Assembly (NCBI GenBank): GCA_046538055.1
Contig: JBKHJQ010000001.1
Coordinates: forward strand, 1 to 24,055
From: Actinomycetota bacterium
Lineage (GTDB): Bacteria > Actinomycetota > Acidimicrobiia > Spongiisociales > ZC4RG35
DNA: 24,055 nt
Reading direction: 5' to 3'
Every line of letters begins with the position of its first letter. Positions within the stretch are counted from its first letter, which is position 1. The translations under genes were made by a program, and so were the position numbers. The notes beneath the pieces were generated by a model. That model saw only the letters and a program-made list of their open reading frames with translations. It searched no databases and had not been told where the DNA came from. This document shows positions 9,138 to 17,202 of this stretch, piece by piece.

Positions 9138-9214
9138 GGGCACGGCTCTGCCCTACCCTGGCTTGGGCCGGGTCGGCACGACCCGGGGCTCGGAACACTT
9201 GTTCGGAAGGAGCC
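9138..9214. promoter_or_regulatory. Three tandem inverted repeats in the EIIA/transketolase divergent gap
   Basis: GGGCA/TGCCC (9138-9153), CCGGGTCG/CGACCCGG (9168-9186), and GGCTC..GAACA-CT-TGTTC..GAGCC (9187-9214), the last covering the tkt SD. Confidence 0.5.
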
Positions 9215-9218
9215 GAAA

Positions 9219-11063
9219 ATGGGGCGTCCCCCACAACCGGTACCGATCGAAGATCTCTGCCGTCAGCTGCGGGTAGACATCCTGCGTTGCACCCAGCAGG
9301 CGGGCTCCGGACATCCCACCTCCTCCCTGTCGGCGGTGGAGTTGGGAGCCGTCCTCTTCTCCCGTCATCTTCGCTACGACATTTCCCGGCCCGACCACCC
9401 CGGGGCGGACAAGTTCGTGCTGTCCAAGGGTCACGCCACGCCCCTCCTCTACGCCCTGTACCGTGCCATCGGGGCGATCGACGAGAAGGAACTGCTCACC
9501 TACCGCCGGCAGGGCAGCCGCCTGGAGGGCCATCCCACCCCCCGTCTCCCCTGGGTGGAGGCAGCCACCGGCTCATTGGGCCAGGGCTTGCCGATCGGGG
9601 TGGGGTTCGCCCTGGCGGCGCGCATGGCCGGGATCGCACGCCGCACCTACGTACTGTGCGGAGACTCGGAGATGTCGGAGGGCTCCATGTGGGAGGCGGC
9701 CGAGCATGCCGGCCACGATCGGCTCGATCGCCTCACCGCCATCGTCGATGTCAACCGGCTGGGCCAGAGGGGACCGACCCGCCACGAATGGGACCTGGAT
9801 GCCTACGCTCGCCGCTTCGCCGCCTTCGGGTGGGAGACGCTGGAGGTGGACGGCCACGACCCCGACGAGATAGACGCCGCCCTGGCCAAGGCCGACTCGG
9901 AGACGGCGCGACCCACCGCCATCCTGGCCCGGACGGTGAAAGGCAAGGGGGTCCCCGAGGCCGAGGACGAGGTGGCCTACCACGGCAAATCCCTCGATCA
10001 GTCCGATGAGGCCATCGAGCGTCTGGGAGGTCCGGGGGACCTCGTCGTCACCCCCGCCCCGCCCCTCGACACCGATCCCCCTCCCGGGACGGCCGGGCAT
10101 GCGGGCGGCTCCGGCCAGTCCTCCCTGCCCCGCTGGGAGCCGGGCGACGAAGCCGCCACCCGGGGAGCCTACGGGGAGGCCCTGGTGGCCCTGGGAAGGC
10201 GCCGCCCCGACGTGGTCGCCCTCGACGGCGAGGTCTCCAACTCCACCCGGGCGGACGGCTTCGCCCGGGAGATCCCGGAGCGCTTCATCGAGGCCTACAT
10301 CGCCGAGCAGAACATGCTGGGCATGGCGATCGGGCTGGCCCGGAGCGGCTATCACCCGTTCGTCAGCACCTTTGCGGCGTTCCTCAGCCGGGCCTACGAC
10401 TTCATCCGCATGGCCCCGGTCTCGGGTGTCGACCTGACGCTGGTGGGTTCCCATGCCGGTGTCTCCATCGGCCCCGATGGTCCCTCCCAGATGGGGCTGG
10501 AGGACATCGCCGCCCTCCGGGCCGTGGCGGGGGCGACGGTCCTGTACCCGTGCGACGCCAACCAGACCCGGGCTCTCACCGACGTGCTGGCGGACGTGCC
10601 GGGTGTGGGCTATCTACGCACCACCCGGGGAGCGACACCGGTGATCTACCGGCCGGCGGACACCTTCGAGGTGGGCGGGTCGCGCACGCTCCGGCACAGT
10701 GATCAGGACCGGGCGGTGATCGTGGCGGCAGGGATCACCGTGCATGAGGCGCTGGCCGCCGCAGACGACCTGGGCCAGCCCGTCTCCGTCATAGACGCCT
10801 ACAGCATCCAGCCCCTGGACGCGGGGGCAATCGCCCGGGCAGCGGCCGCCACCGGTCGGGTGGTGACGGTGGAGGACCACCGCGCTCCGGGAGGTCTGGG
10901 CGAGGCAGTGGCCGGCGCCCTCCTTTCCCGTGGGGTGGGATGCCGGTTCCGCCAGCTGGCCGTCGAAGGAGTCCCCGCCTCGGCCACCCCGGAGGAGCAG
11001 TTGGAACTGGCCGGCATCGGCCGCTCCGCCATCACCGCCGCGGTCGAAGCGATGCTCGAATAG
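9219..11063 (+). CDS. tkt: Transketolase, single-chain short type
   Basis: SGHPTSSLS, FVLSKGHA, LEGHPTP, ATGSLGQG, ThDP motif GDSEMSEG...VDVN, IAEQNM, GSHAGVSIGPDGPSQM, VEDH; 614 aa; SD GGAG. Confidence 0.93.
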   Translation: MGRPPQPVPIEDLCRQLRVDILRCTQQAGSGHPTSSLSAVELGAVLFSRHLRYDISRPDHPGADKFVLSKGHATPLLYALYRAIGAIDEKELLTYRRQGSRLEGHPTPRLPWVEAATGSLGQGLPIGVGFALAARMAGIARRTYVLCGDSEMSEGSMWEAAEHAGHDRLDRLTAIVDVNRLGQRGPTRHEWDLDAYARRFAAFGWETLEVDGHDPDEIDAALAKADSETARPTAILARTVKGKGVPEAEDEVAYHGKSLDQSDEAIERLGGPGDLVVTPAPPLDTDPPPGTAGHAGGSGQSSLPRWEPGDEAATRGAYGEALVALGRRRPDVVALDGEVSNSTRADGFAREIPERFIEAYIAEQNMLGMAIGLARSGYHPFVSTFAAFLSRAYDFIRMAPVSGVDLTLVGSHAGVSIGPDGPSQMGLEDIAALRAVAGATVLYPCDANQTRALTDVLADVPGVGYLRTTRGATPVIYRPADTFEVGGSRTLRHSDQDRAVIVAAGITVHEALAAADDLGQPVSVIDAYSIQPLDAGAIARAAAATGRVVTVEDHRAPGGLGEAVAGALLSRGVGCRFRQLAVEGVPASATPEEQLELAGIGRSAITAAVEAMLE

Positions 11064-11077
11064 CCATCGGCCGCCTC

Positions 11078-11101
11078 TGCCCGTCTCCAACGAGGCGGGC
11101 A
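11078..11101 (+). terminator. Hairpin downstream of transketolase (putative terminator without U-tract)
   Basis: TGCCCGTCTC-CAAC-GAGGCGGGCA, a 10-bp stem with one G-U pair, 14 nt after the stop. Confidence 0.45.
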
Positions 11102-11164
11102 TGGTTGGAATCCGTGCCTGCGGGGTAAGGACAGAGGCACCATGACGACAGTGGGGACGTCGGT

Positions 11165-12091
11165 GTGACCGGCGAGCGCGTCCCGGTGCTTCTCATAAGC
11201 GGATGCAGCCGCAGTGGAGCCACGTTGCTGGCGCAGATGCTGGCGGGTGCCGACGAGGTGGTCGCACCCGGGGAGCTCCGCTGCCTGTGGCAGGCGGGGA
11301 TCCTGGAGAATCGACGTTGTGACTGCGGCGAGCTGTTCTTCTCCTGTCCTTTCTGGCGCAAGACCATGGAACGGGGCTTGGGAGGGCCGGATGCGGTCGA
11401 CCCCCGCCGGATGCTCCGCCTCCAGGCCGACATCGATCGCGTCTGGCGCATTCCGGCCCTCATCAGCACGCCGGAGGAGAACACAGCTTGGGAGCTGGCC
11501 GAGTATCTCTCGTACCATGAGCTGCTCTACAGGGCGATCGTGGACGTGTCGGGGGCCCGGGTGGTGGTGGACTCCAGCAAGGAGCCCTCGTTCGGTCACG
11601 TCCTGGCTCGCTCGCAGGCGATCGACCTCTCGGTCGTCCACCTCGTGCGCGATAGTCGGGCGGTCAGCCACTCGCGGGCCCGTGGGGGGCGTCATGCGGG
11701 TACAGAGCCGCCTCTGCCCCGCCAGCCTCCCTGGCGCTCGGCGCTGGAGTGGGACATGGCCAATCTGGCGGCGGGGTGGCTGGCCCGGAGGGTGGCGCGC
11801 TCGATTCGACTGCGGTACGAGGACCTGGCCTGTGACCCGGAGGCTGCCCTTGCGGCCGTGCTGGAACTGATCGGGGTGCGGGACCGCCCACCCCTGGAAG
11901 GGGGGCGCGTACCCCTTGGCTCGGGCCACGCCCTGTGGAGTGCCCCCACGCTGAGGCGGGGATCGGCATCCATCCACCCCGACGAGGACTGGCAGACCGA
12001 GATGGCAGACTCCACCCGCGCCCTCGTCACGGCCCTCACCTGGCCGGGTCTCCTGGCTTACGGCTACTCGCCGGCCGTGGAGGGGACATGA
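11165..12091 (+). CDS. Sulfotransferase (Sulfotransfer_3-like, PAPS-dependent)
   Basis: 5'-PSB-like GCSRSGATLL, CDCG...CPFW, VVVDSSK, 3'-PB-like VHLVRDSRAVSHS, LRYEDL. Confidence 0.85.
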   Translation: MTGERVPVLLISGCSRSGATLLAQMLAGADEVVAPGELRCLWQAGILENRRCDCGELFFSCPFWRKTMERGLGGPDAVDPRRMLRLQADIDRVWRIPALISTPEENTAWELAEYLSYHELLYRAIVDVSGARVVVDSSKEPSFGHVLARSQAIDLSVVHLVRDSRAVSHSRARGGRHAGTEPPLPRQPPWRSALEWDMANLAAGWLARRVARSIRLRYEDLACDPEAALAAVLELIGVRDRPPLEGGRVPLGSGHALWSAPTLRRGSASIHPDEDWQTEMADSTRALVTALTWPGLLAYGYSPAVEGT

Positions 12092-12118
12092 CCCGAAGAG
12101 AGCCGCGACAATGAATGG

Positions 12119-12532
12119 ATGCCCGACATCCTCACTCCCGAAGCACGCCAGGTCATCGAGTCCGGCCGGGTAGCCCATTTCACCACCATCGCAGCCGACG
12201 GCCGACCCCACACCACGATCGTTTGGGTGGGTCTGGAGGGCGACGAGATCGTCGTCGGCAAGCTCCATGCCGACCAGAAGGTGGCGAACCTGAGGAGGGA
12301 CCCGCGAGTCTCCATCTCCCTGGAAGCGGACGGGGCCGTGGGCGGGCTCCAGCGCTACCTGGTGATCGAGGGCACGGCCCGGCTGACCGAGGGTGGGGCT
12401 CCTCAGCTGCTGGGCGAGCTGGCCAGGCGATACATCGGCCCCGACGCCGAGTTCCCTCCCATGGACGACCCCCCGCCCGGATGGGTGATCCGGGTGGCTC
12501 CCACCAGGATTCGCGGCACCGGCTTCGCCTGA
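12119..12532 (+). CDS. PPOX-class (pyridoxamine 5'-phosphate oxidase-like) probable F420-dependent oxidoreductase
   Basis: AHFTTIAADGRPHTTIVWV, KVANLRRDPRVSIS, YLVIEGTA, ARRY; 137 aa split beta-barrel pattern. Confidence 0.88.
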   Translation: MPDILTPEARQVIESGRVAHFTTIAADGRPHTTIVWVGLEGDEIVVGKLHADQKVANLRRDPRVSISLEADGAVGGLQRYLVIEGTARLTEGGAPQLLGELARRYIGPDAEFPPMDDPPPGWVIRVAPTRIRGTGFA

Positions 12533-12559
12533 TCCTGCTCCGGGCCGGATGGGACGGCT

Positions 12560-14194
12560 TCAGTCCCCGTGGGGGCCGATTCCGCCCCGGGAGGCAGCGG
12601 CGCTCTTGGTGACGTCCTGGAGGGTGTGGGCGCAGTCGATGAGCCCCACATGGCTGAAGGCCTGCGGGAAGTTGCCCAGCATCCGCCCGCCGGCCACGTC
12701 GTATTCCTCCGACAGGAGCCCCAGGTCGTTCCGCAGGTCCAGGAGACCCCGAAACCTCCTCCGTGCCTCGGGGACTCGTCCCGCCAGAGCCAGGGCGTCC
12801 ACCAGCCAGAAGGAACACAGAAGGAACGCTCCCTCGCCTCCCGGCAGCCCGTCGTCCACCGCCTCGTTGGCATACCGTCGGACCAGGATGTCGTCCACCC
12901 CGAGATCCTCGATCACGGCGTCGATGGTTCCCCTGACCCGGGGGTCGGTGGGGGGAAGGAAGCCCACCTGGGGGATCAGGAGCAGAGCGGCATCGACCTC
13001 CTCGGCTCCGTAGGTCTGCACGAAGGTGTTGCGATTCGAGTCGTAGCCGTGGGCCAGCACGTCGGCGCGGATCTCACGGCGGATCTCCCGCCATCGCTCC
13101 ACCGGCCCCTCCAGCCGGGACCGCTCCACCGTTCGCACCGCACGGTCGAATGCCACCCAGGACATGACCCGGGAGTGGGTGAAGGCCCGCCGGGGACCCC
13201 GCATCTCCCACAAACCGTGGTCGGGCGCCTGCCAGTTCCCTTCCAGGTACTCCAGGAGGCTGCGCTGCAGCTCCCACGCCCCCTGCTCCGGCTCCAGACC
13301 GTGGCTGCGGGCCAGCCACAGGGCATCGATCACCTCCCCGTACACATCCATCTGTGTCTGGACGGAGGCGGCGTTGCCGATCCGGACGGGGCTCGACCAC
13401 ACGTAGCGGTAGTCCCAGTTCCGCACCCCGCCCAGCTCCTCGGGGAGGGAGGTGGTGGGGGCCGCCAGGATGCCACCGGTGGGGCGATAAGTGAGGGCCT
13501 TGAGTGTGATGAGCGAGCGGAACACCGCCTCCCGGTGCTCGCCCTGGAACCGGCAGCGGCTGATCCATGTCTCCCACCAGTCCTGGGTGTGGGACAGGGT
13601 GGCGCGTGCGTCGATGGGGTCGGGCGCCGGCAGGTGGGAGGGATGCCAGGCCAGCACGAAGGGGACCTGTTGTCCCTCCCGGACCGTGAACTCGGCCACG
13701 GTCCTGAGATCCTCGCCCCGCGTCTCCACGGGCGTGTCCAGGGTCAGGGCGTCGGGACCGGCCACCGCCTGCAGCCGTCCCTCCCTCCGGGTGACCCAGG
13801 GGACCACGGACCCGTAGTCGAAGCGGATCGCCAGCTCCATCTCCATCTCGACCTGGCCCGAGATCCCCTCCACGATGCGGACGAGGTCGATCTCCCCGCT
13901 CTGTGTGTCGGGCCGGGGAGACATGAAGTCGATCAGCCGGGCCGCACCGGTGCCGGTCCGGAACTCGGTCTCCAGCACCAGGGTGTCACCCCGGTACCGT
14001 CGCCGGGTCGCGGCCCCGGCATCGGCGGGAGCGATGCGCCACCGCCCGTGCTCGGGCCCGCCCAGGAGAGCCGCGAAGCACGCCCCGGAGTCGAACCGGG
14101 GCAGGCACAGCCAATCGATGGAGCCGTCGGCGCCTACCAGGGCAGCCGTCTCGGTGTCGCCGATGAGTCCGTAGTGCTCTATGGGACGTGAGAT
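12560..14194 (-). pseudogene. Glycoside hydrolase family 15 (trehalase/glucoamylase-like), probably inactivated
   Basis: GH15 motifs IEHYGLIGD, GSIDWLCLPRFDS, AAPTTSLPE, RNWDYRY, RIGNAA, WEMRG, LLSEE, GNFPQAFSH. The WxRD-containing segment between RNWDYRYVW and SPVRIGNAA is missing, and ATC sits at the SD-positioned start. Confidence 0.7.
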
Positions 14195-14280
14195 GCTCCC
14201 CTCCCCGTGACGTCGACACGGCTCATGGTGTTCCGAGGGTAGACCCCCCGGCAAGCGCCCCCTACGCCGTTTTCGCGCTC

Positions 14281-14306
14281 CGAATGCGGGCTATAGCCCG
14301 CATTCG
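14281..14306. repeat. Perfect 26-bp palindrome downstream of ppdK (putative terminator)
   Basis: CGAATGCGGGCTA|TAGCCCGCATTCG is exactly self-complementary. Confidence 0.75.
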
Positions 14307-14342
14307 ATGCGGGAGAACCGGGTCAGGGGCGGCCCGGGGTGC

Positions 14343-17069
14343 TCAGCGCGGCTCCCGGATCGCCGCCTGGGCGGCAGCCAGGCGAGCCACCGGCACCCGG
14401 GGCGGGGAGCAACTGACGTAGTCGAGGTCGAGACGGCGGCACAGGGCGATGGACTGGGGATCTCCCCCGTGCTCGCCGCAGATGCCGGCGTTCAGGTCCG
14501 GTCTGTGGGCCCGGCCCTTCTCCACCGCGATCCTCATCAGTTCGCCCACGCCCTCGACGTCGATGGTGGCGAACGGGTTCTGCTCCAGGATGCCCTCCTC
14601 CAGGTACTGGACGAGGAACGCCTTCTCGGCGTCATCCCGGCTGATCCCGAAGGTCATCTGGGTCAGGTCGTTGGTGCCGAAGGACACGAACTCGGCGTGC
14701 TGGGCGATCTCGTCCGCGGTCAGCGCAGCCCGCGGCACCTCGATCATCGTGCCGAACTCGTAGTCGATCTCCACCCCCTGCTCGGTCATGACCGCCTTGG
14801 CCTCCTCCTCCAGGTCCTGTCGCTGGCGGGCCAGCTCGTTGACATGGGAGGTGAGGGGGATCATGACCTTGGGATGCACCGCCACCCCCTCCTGGGCGAC
14901 CTGGCAGGCCGCTTCGAAGATGGCCCGAACCTGCATCCGGGTGAGACCCGGCAGCACTATCCCCAGGCGCACACCCCGAAGTCCCAGCATGGGATTTGCC
15001 TCCCGTAGGCTCTCCACCCGCCCCAGCATGTGCTCCTGCTGCTCTATGCGGCCCAGGAGCTCATCGATCTCCTTGAGGGAGGAAGCCGACTGGATCCTCA
15101 GCTTCAGGTCCGTCAGGTCGGTCGTGAGCTCCTCGAAGCTGGGCAGGAACTCATGGAGCGGCGGATCGATGAGCCGTATCGTTACGGGGAGGCCCTCCAT
15201 CGCCCGGAACAGGCCGGCGAAATCCTCCCGCTGGAACGGGAGCAGCCGGTCGAGAGCGTCCGATCGGTCCGCCGGGATGGTGGCGGTGATCATCTTCTGC
15301 ACGATGGGGAGCCGCTCCGGCCCGAAGAACATGTGCTCGGTTCGGGTGAGCCCTATGCCCTCCGCCCCGTAGGTCCGGGCCAGGACCGCATCGTCGGGGT
15401 TGTCGGCATTGGTCCACACCCCGATGTCGCGGACCTCGTCGGCCCAGACCAGGAGCTTTCTCAGCCATTCGTTCTCCAGGTCGGGTGTGCGAGTGGTCAC
15501 CTCACCCAGGAGCACGTCCCCGTTGGTGCCGTCGATGGAGATCACCTCCCCTTCCGCCACCACCCGGTCGGCCACTCTCAGCACCCTCTCGCGCAGGTCG
15601 ATCTTGAGGGCCTCGGCTCCCACCACCGCCGGCTTGCCGAACTGGCGAGCCACCAGGGCGGCATGGCTGGTGCGACCTCCCCGGCTGGTGAGGATACCCC
15701 GGGCGGCCAGCATCCCGTGGACGTCGTCGGGCTTGGTCTCGGGCCGGACCATGATCACGTCCCGACCTTCCTTGGCCCATCGCTCCGCCAGATCGGCGTC
15801 GAAGGCCACCACCCCCACCGCCGCGCCGGGTGAGACGTTGAGGCCGGTGGCGAGGAACCGCCCCTCGGACCGGGCCTCCTCCATCGCCTCCGGGGCGAAG
15901 GAAGGATGCAGGAAGAAGTCGATCTGGGCGGGCTTCACCCGCATGATGGCCTCTTCCGGAGTGATCAGCCCCTCTTCCACCATGTCCACGGCGATGCGGA
16001 CCGCCGCCTGGGCGGTGCGCTTCCCGTCTCGGGTCTGGAGCAGCCACAGCTTCCCCCGTTCGATGGTGAACTCCATGTCCTGCATCTCCCGGTAGTGCTG
16101 CTCCAGGCGCCGGGCGATGTCACAGAAGGCCTCATAGTCCTCGGGGAACTCTGTGGCCATCTGGTCCATCGGCTTGGTGACGCGGATCCCGGCCACCACA
16201 TCCTCCCCCTGTGCATTGGTGAGGTAGTCACCTTCGATGGTGGGCTCGCCGGTGGTGGCGTTGCGAGACATGGCCACACCCGTGGCGGAGTCCTCGCCCA
16301 TGTTCCCGAAGACCATGGTCTGGATGTTCACGGCCGTGCCCAGGTCGTGGGGGATCCCGGCGGCGTTGCGGTAGTCGATCGCTCGCTTCCCGTTCCAGGA
16401 ACGGAACACCGCCTCGATGGCGAGCCGGAGCTGCTCGTTGGGGTCGTCGGGGAACGGACGACCGGCGTAACGCTCCACGATCGCCTTGAACTCGTCGGTT
16501 ATCGCCCGGAAGTCGTCGGCGGCAAGCTCGGAGTCGCTGGAGACGCCGCGACGTTCCCGGTAGTCCTCCAGGACCTGCTCGAAGGGCTCGTCCCGGATTC
16601 CCAGCACCACCGACCCGAACATCTGGACCAGCCGCCGGTAGGCGTCGTAGACGAAATGCTCGTCGTCGGTGAACTTGACCAGGCCCTGGGCGACGTCGTC
16701 GTTCATGCCGATGTTGAGGACGGTGTCCATCATCCCCGGCATGGAGAACTTGGCCCCGGAGCGACAGGAGACCAGCAACGGATCGGAGGGATCGCCGAAG
16801 GCCTTGCCGGTGGCTCCCTCCACATTGCGCAGTGCCGCCTCCACTTCGTCCATCATTCCCTCAGGGAAGGTCTCGCCTGCCTCCAGGTAGGCGAGACATG
16901 CCTCGGTCGTGATGGTGAACCCGGGAGGGACGGGAATCCCGATGCGGGTCATGTCCCCCAGGTTCGCCCCCTTGCCACCCAGGAGCGCCCGGACGTCCTC
17001 CCACTCCCCGCCCACGGCTTCCTGGGCATCGGAAACCTCTTCAAACGCATATACCCACTTGCGGGTCAT
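14343..17069 (-). CDS. ppdK: Pyruvate, phosphate dikinase
   Basis: LLGGKGANL, PVPPGFTITT, LLVSCRSGA..SMPGMMDTVLN, AQGEDVVAGIR, LQTRDGKRT, GGRTSHAALVAR (phospho-His), GIGLTRTEHMFF, FGTNDLTQ, GICGEHGGDP; 908 aa. Confidence 0.97.
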   Translation of the reverse strand: MTRKWVYAFEEVSDAQEAVGGEWEDVRALLGGKGANLGDMTRIGIPVPPGFTITTEACLAYLEAGETFPEGMMDEVEAALRNVEGATGKAFGDPSDPLLVSCRSGAKFSMPGMMDTVLNIGMNDDVAQGLVKFTDDEHFVYDAYRRLVQMFGSVVLGIRDEPFEQVLEDYRERRGVSSDSELAADDFRAITDEFKAIVERYAGRPFPDDPNEQLRLAIEAVFRSWNGKRAIDYRNAAGIPHDLGTAVNIQTMVFGNMGEDSATGVAMSRNATTGEPTIEGDYLTNAQGEDVVAGIRVTKPMDQMATEFPEDYEAFCDIARRLEQHYREMQDMEFTIERGKLWLLQTRDGKRTAQAAVRIAVDMVEEGLITPEEAIMRVKPAQIDFFLHPSFAPEAMEEARSEGRFLATGLNVSPGAAVGVVAFDADLAERWAKEGRDVIMVRPETKPDDVHGMLAARGILTSRGGRTSHAALVARQFGKPAVVGAEALKIDLRERVLRVADRVVAEGEVISIDGTNGDVLLGEVTTRTPDLENEWLRKLLVWADEVRDIGVWTNADNPDDAVLARTYGAEGIGLTRTEHMFFGPERLPIVQKMITATIPADRSDALDRLLPFQREDFAGLFRAMEGLPVTIRLIDPPLHEFLPSFEELTTDLTDLKLRIQSASSLKEIDELLGRIEQQEHMLGRVESLREANPMLGLRGVRLGIVLPGLTRMQVRAIFEAACQVAQEGVAVHPKVMIPLTSHVNELARQRQDLEEEAKAVMTEQGVEIDYEFGTMIEVPRAALTADEIAQHAEFVSFGTNDLTQMTFGISRDDAEKAFLVQYLEEGILEQNPFATIDVEGVGELMRIAVEKGRAHRPDLNAGICGEHGGDPQSIALCRRLDLDYVSCSPPRVPVARLAAAQAAIREPR

Positions 17070-17202
17070 GAGATACCTCGTCTCGGATGGCTAGCAATGA
17101 CAGTCTGCCGAGCCGCTCTCCGACTGGTTAGGGCCGAAATACGGTGTCTGGGAGGACTATTGGCACCGCCGGGGGGGTCCGCCGTTGGACGCCACCGGCG
17201 TT

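Noticed and set aside
12089-12121. Sulfotransferase and PPOX genes are in the same frame, separated by a single TGA plus nine sense codons (possible readthrough or Sec fusion)
   Set aside because: In-frame spacing has a 1-in-3 chance, stop-free short spacers are expected at this GC, and no SECIS-like hairpin follows the TGA.
12569-14191. Long antisense and alternate-frame ORFs (e.g. 540 aa here, 1773-2552, 3584-5002, 5834-6976, 6718-8298, 10799-12268, 15906-17204, 17144-18970, 22560-23639)
   Set aside because: Shadow frames of real genes. High GC with biased third positions suppresses stops, the translations have low-complexity or mirror composition, and they show no motifs.
11165-14194. Sulfated-trehalose pathway (sulfotransferase plus GH15 trehalase)
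   Set aside because: The genes are convergent, GH15 looks inactivated, and I cannot place the sulfotransferase in the Stf0 family. Proximity is the only support.
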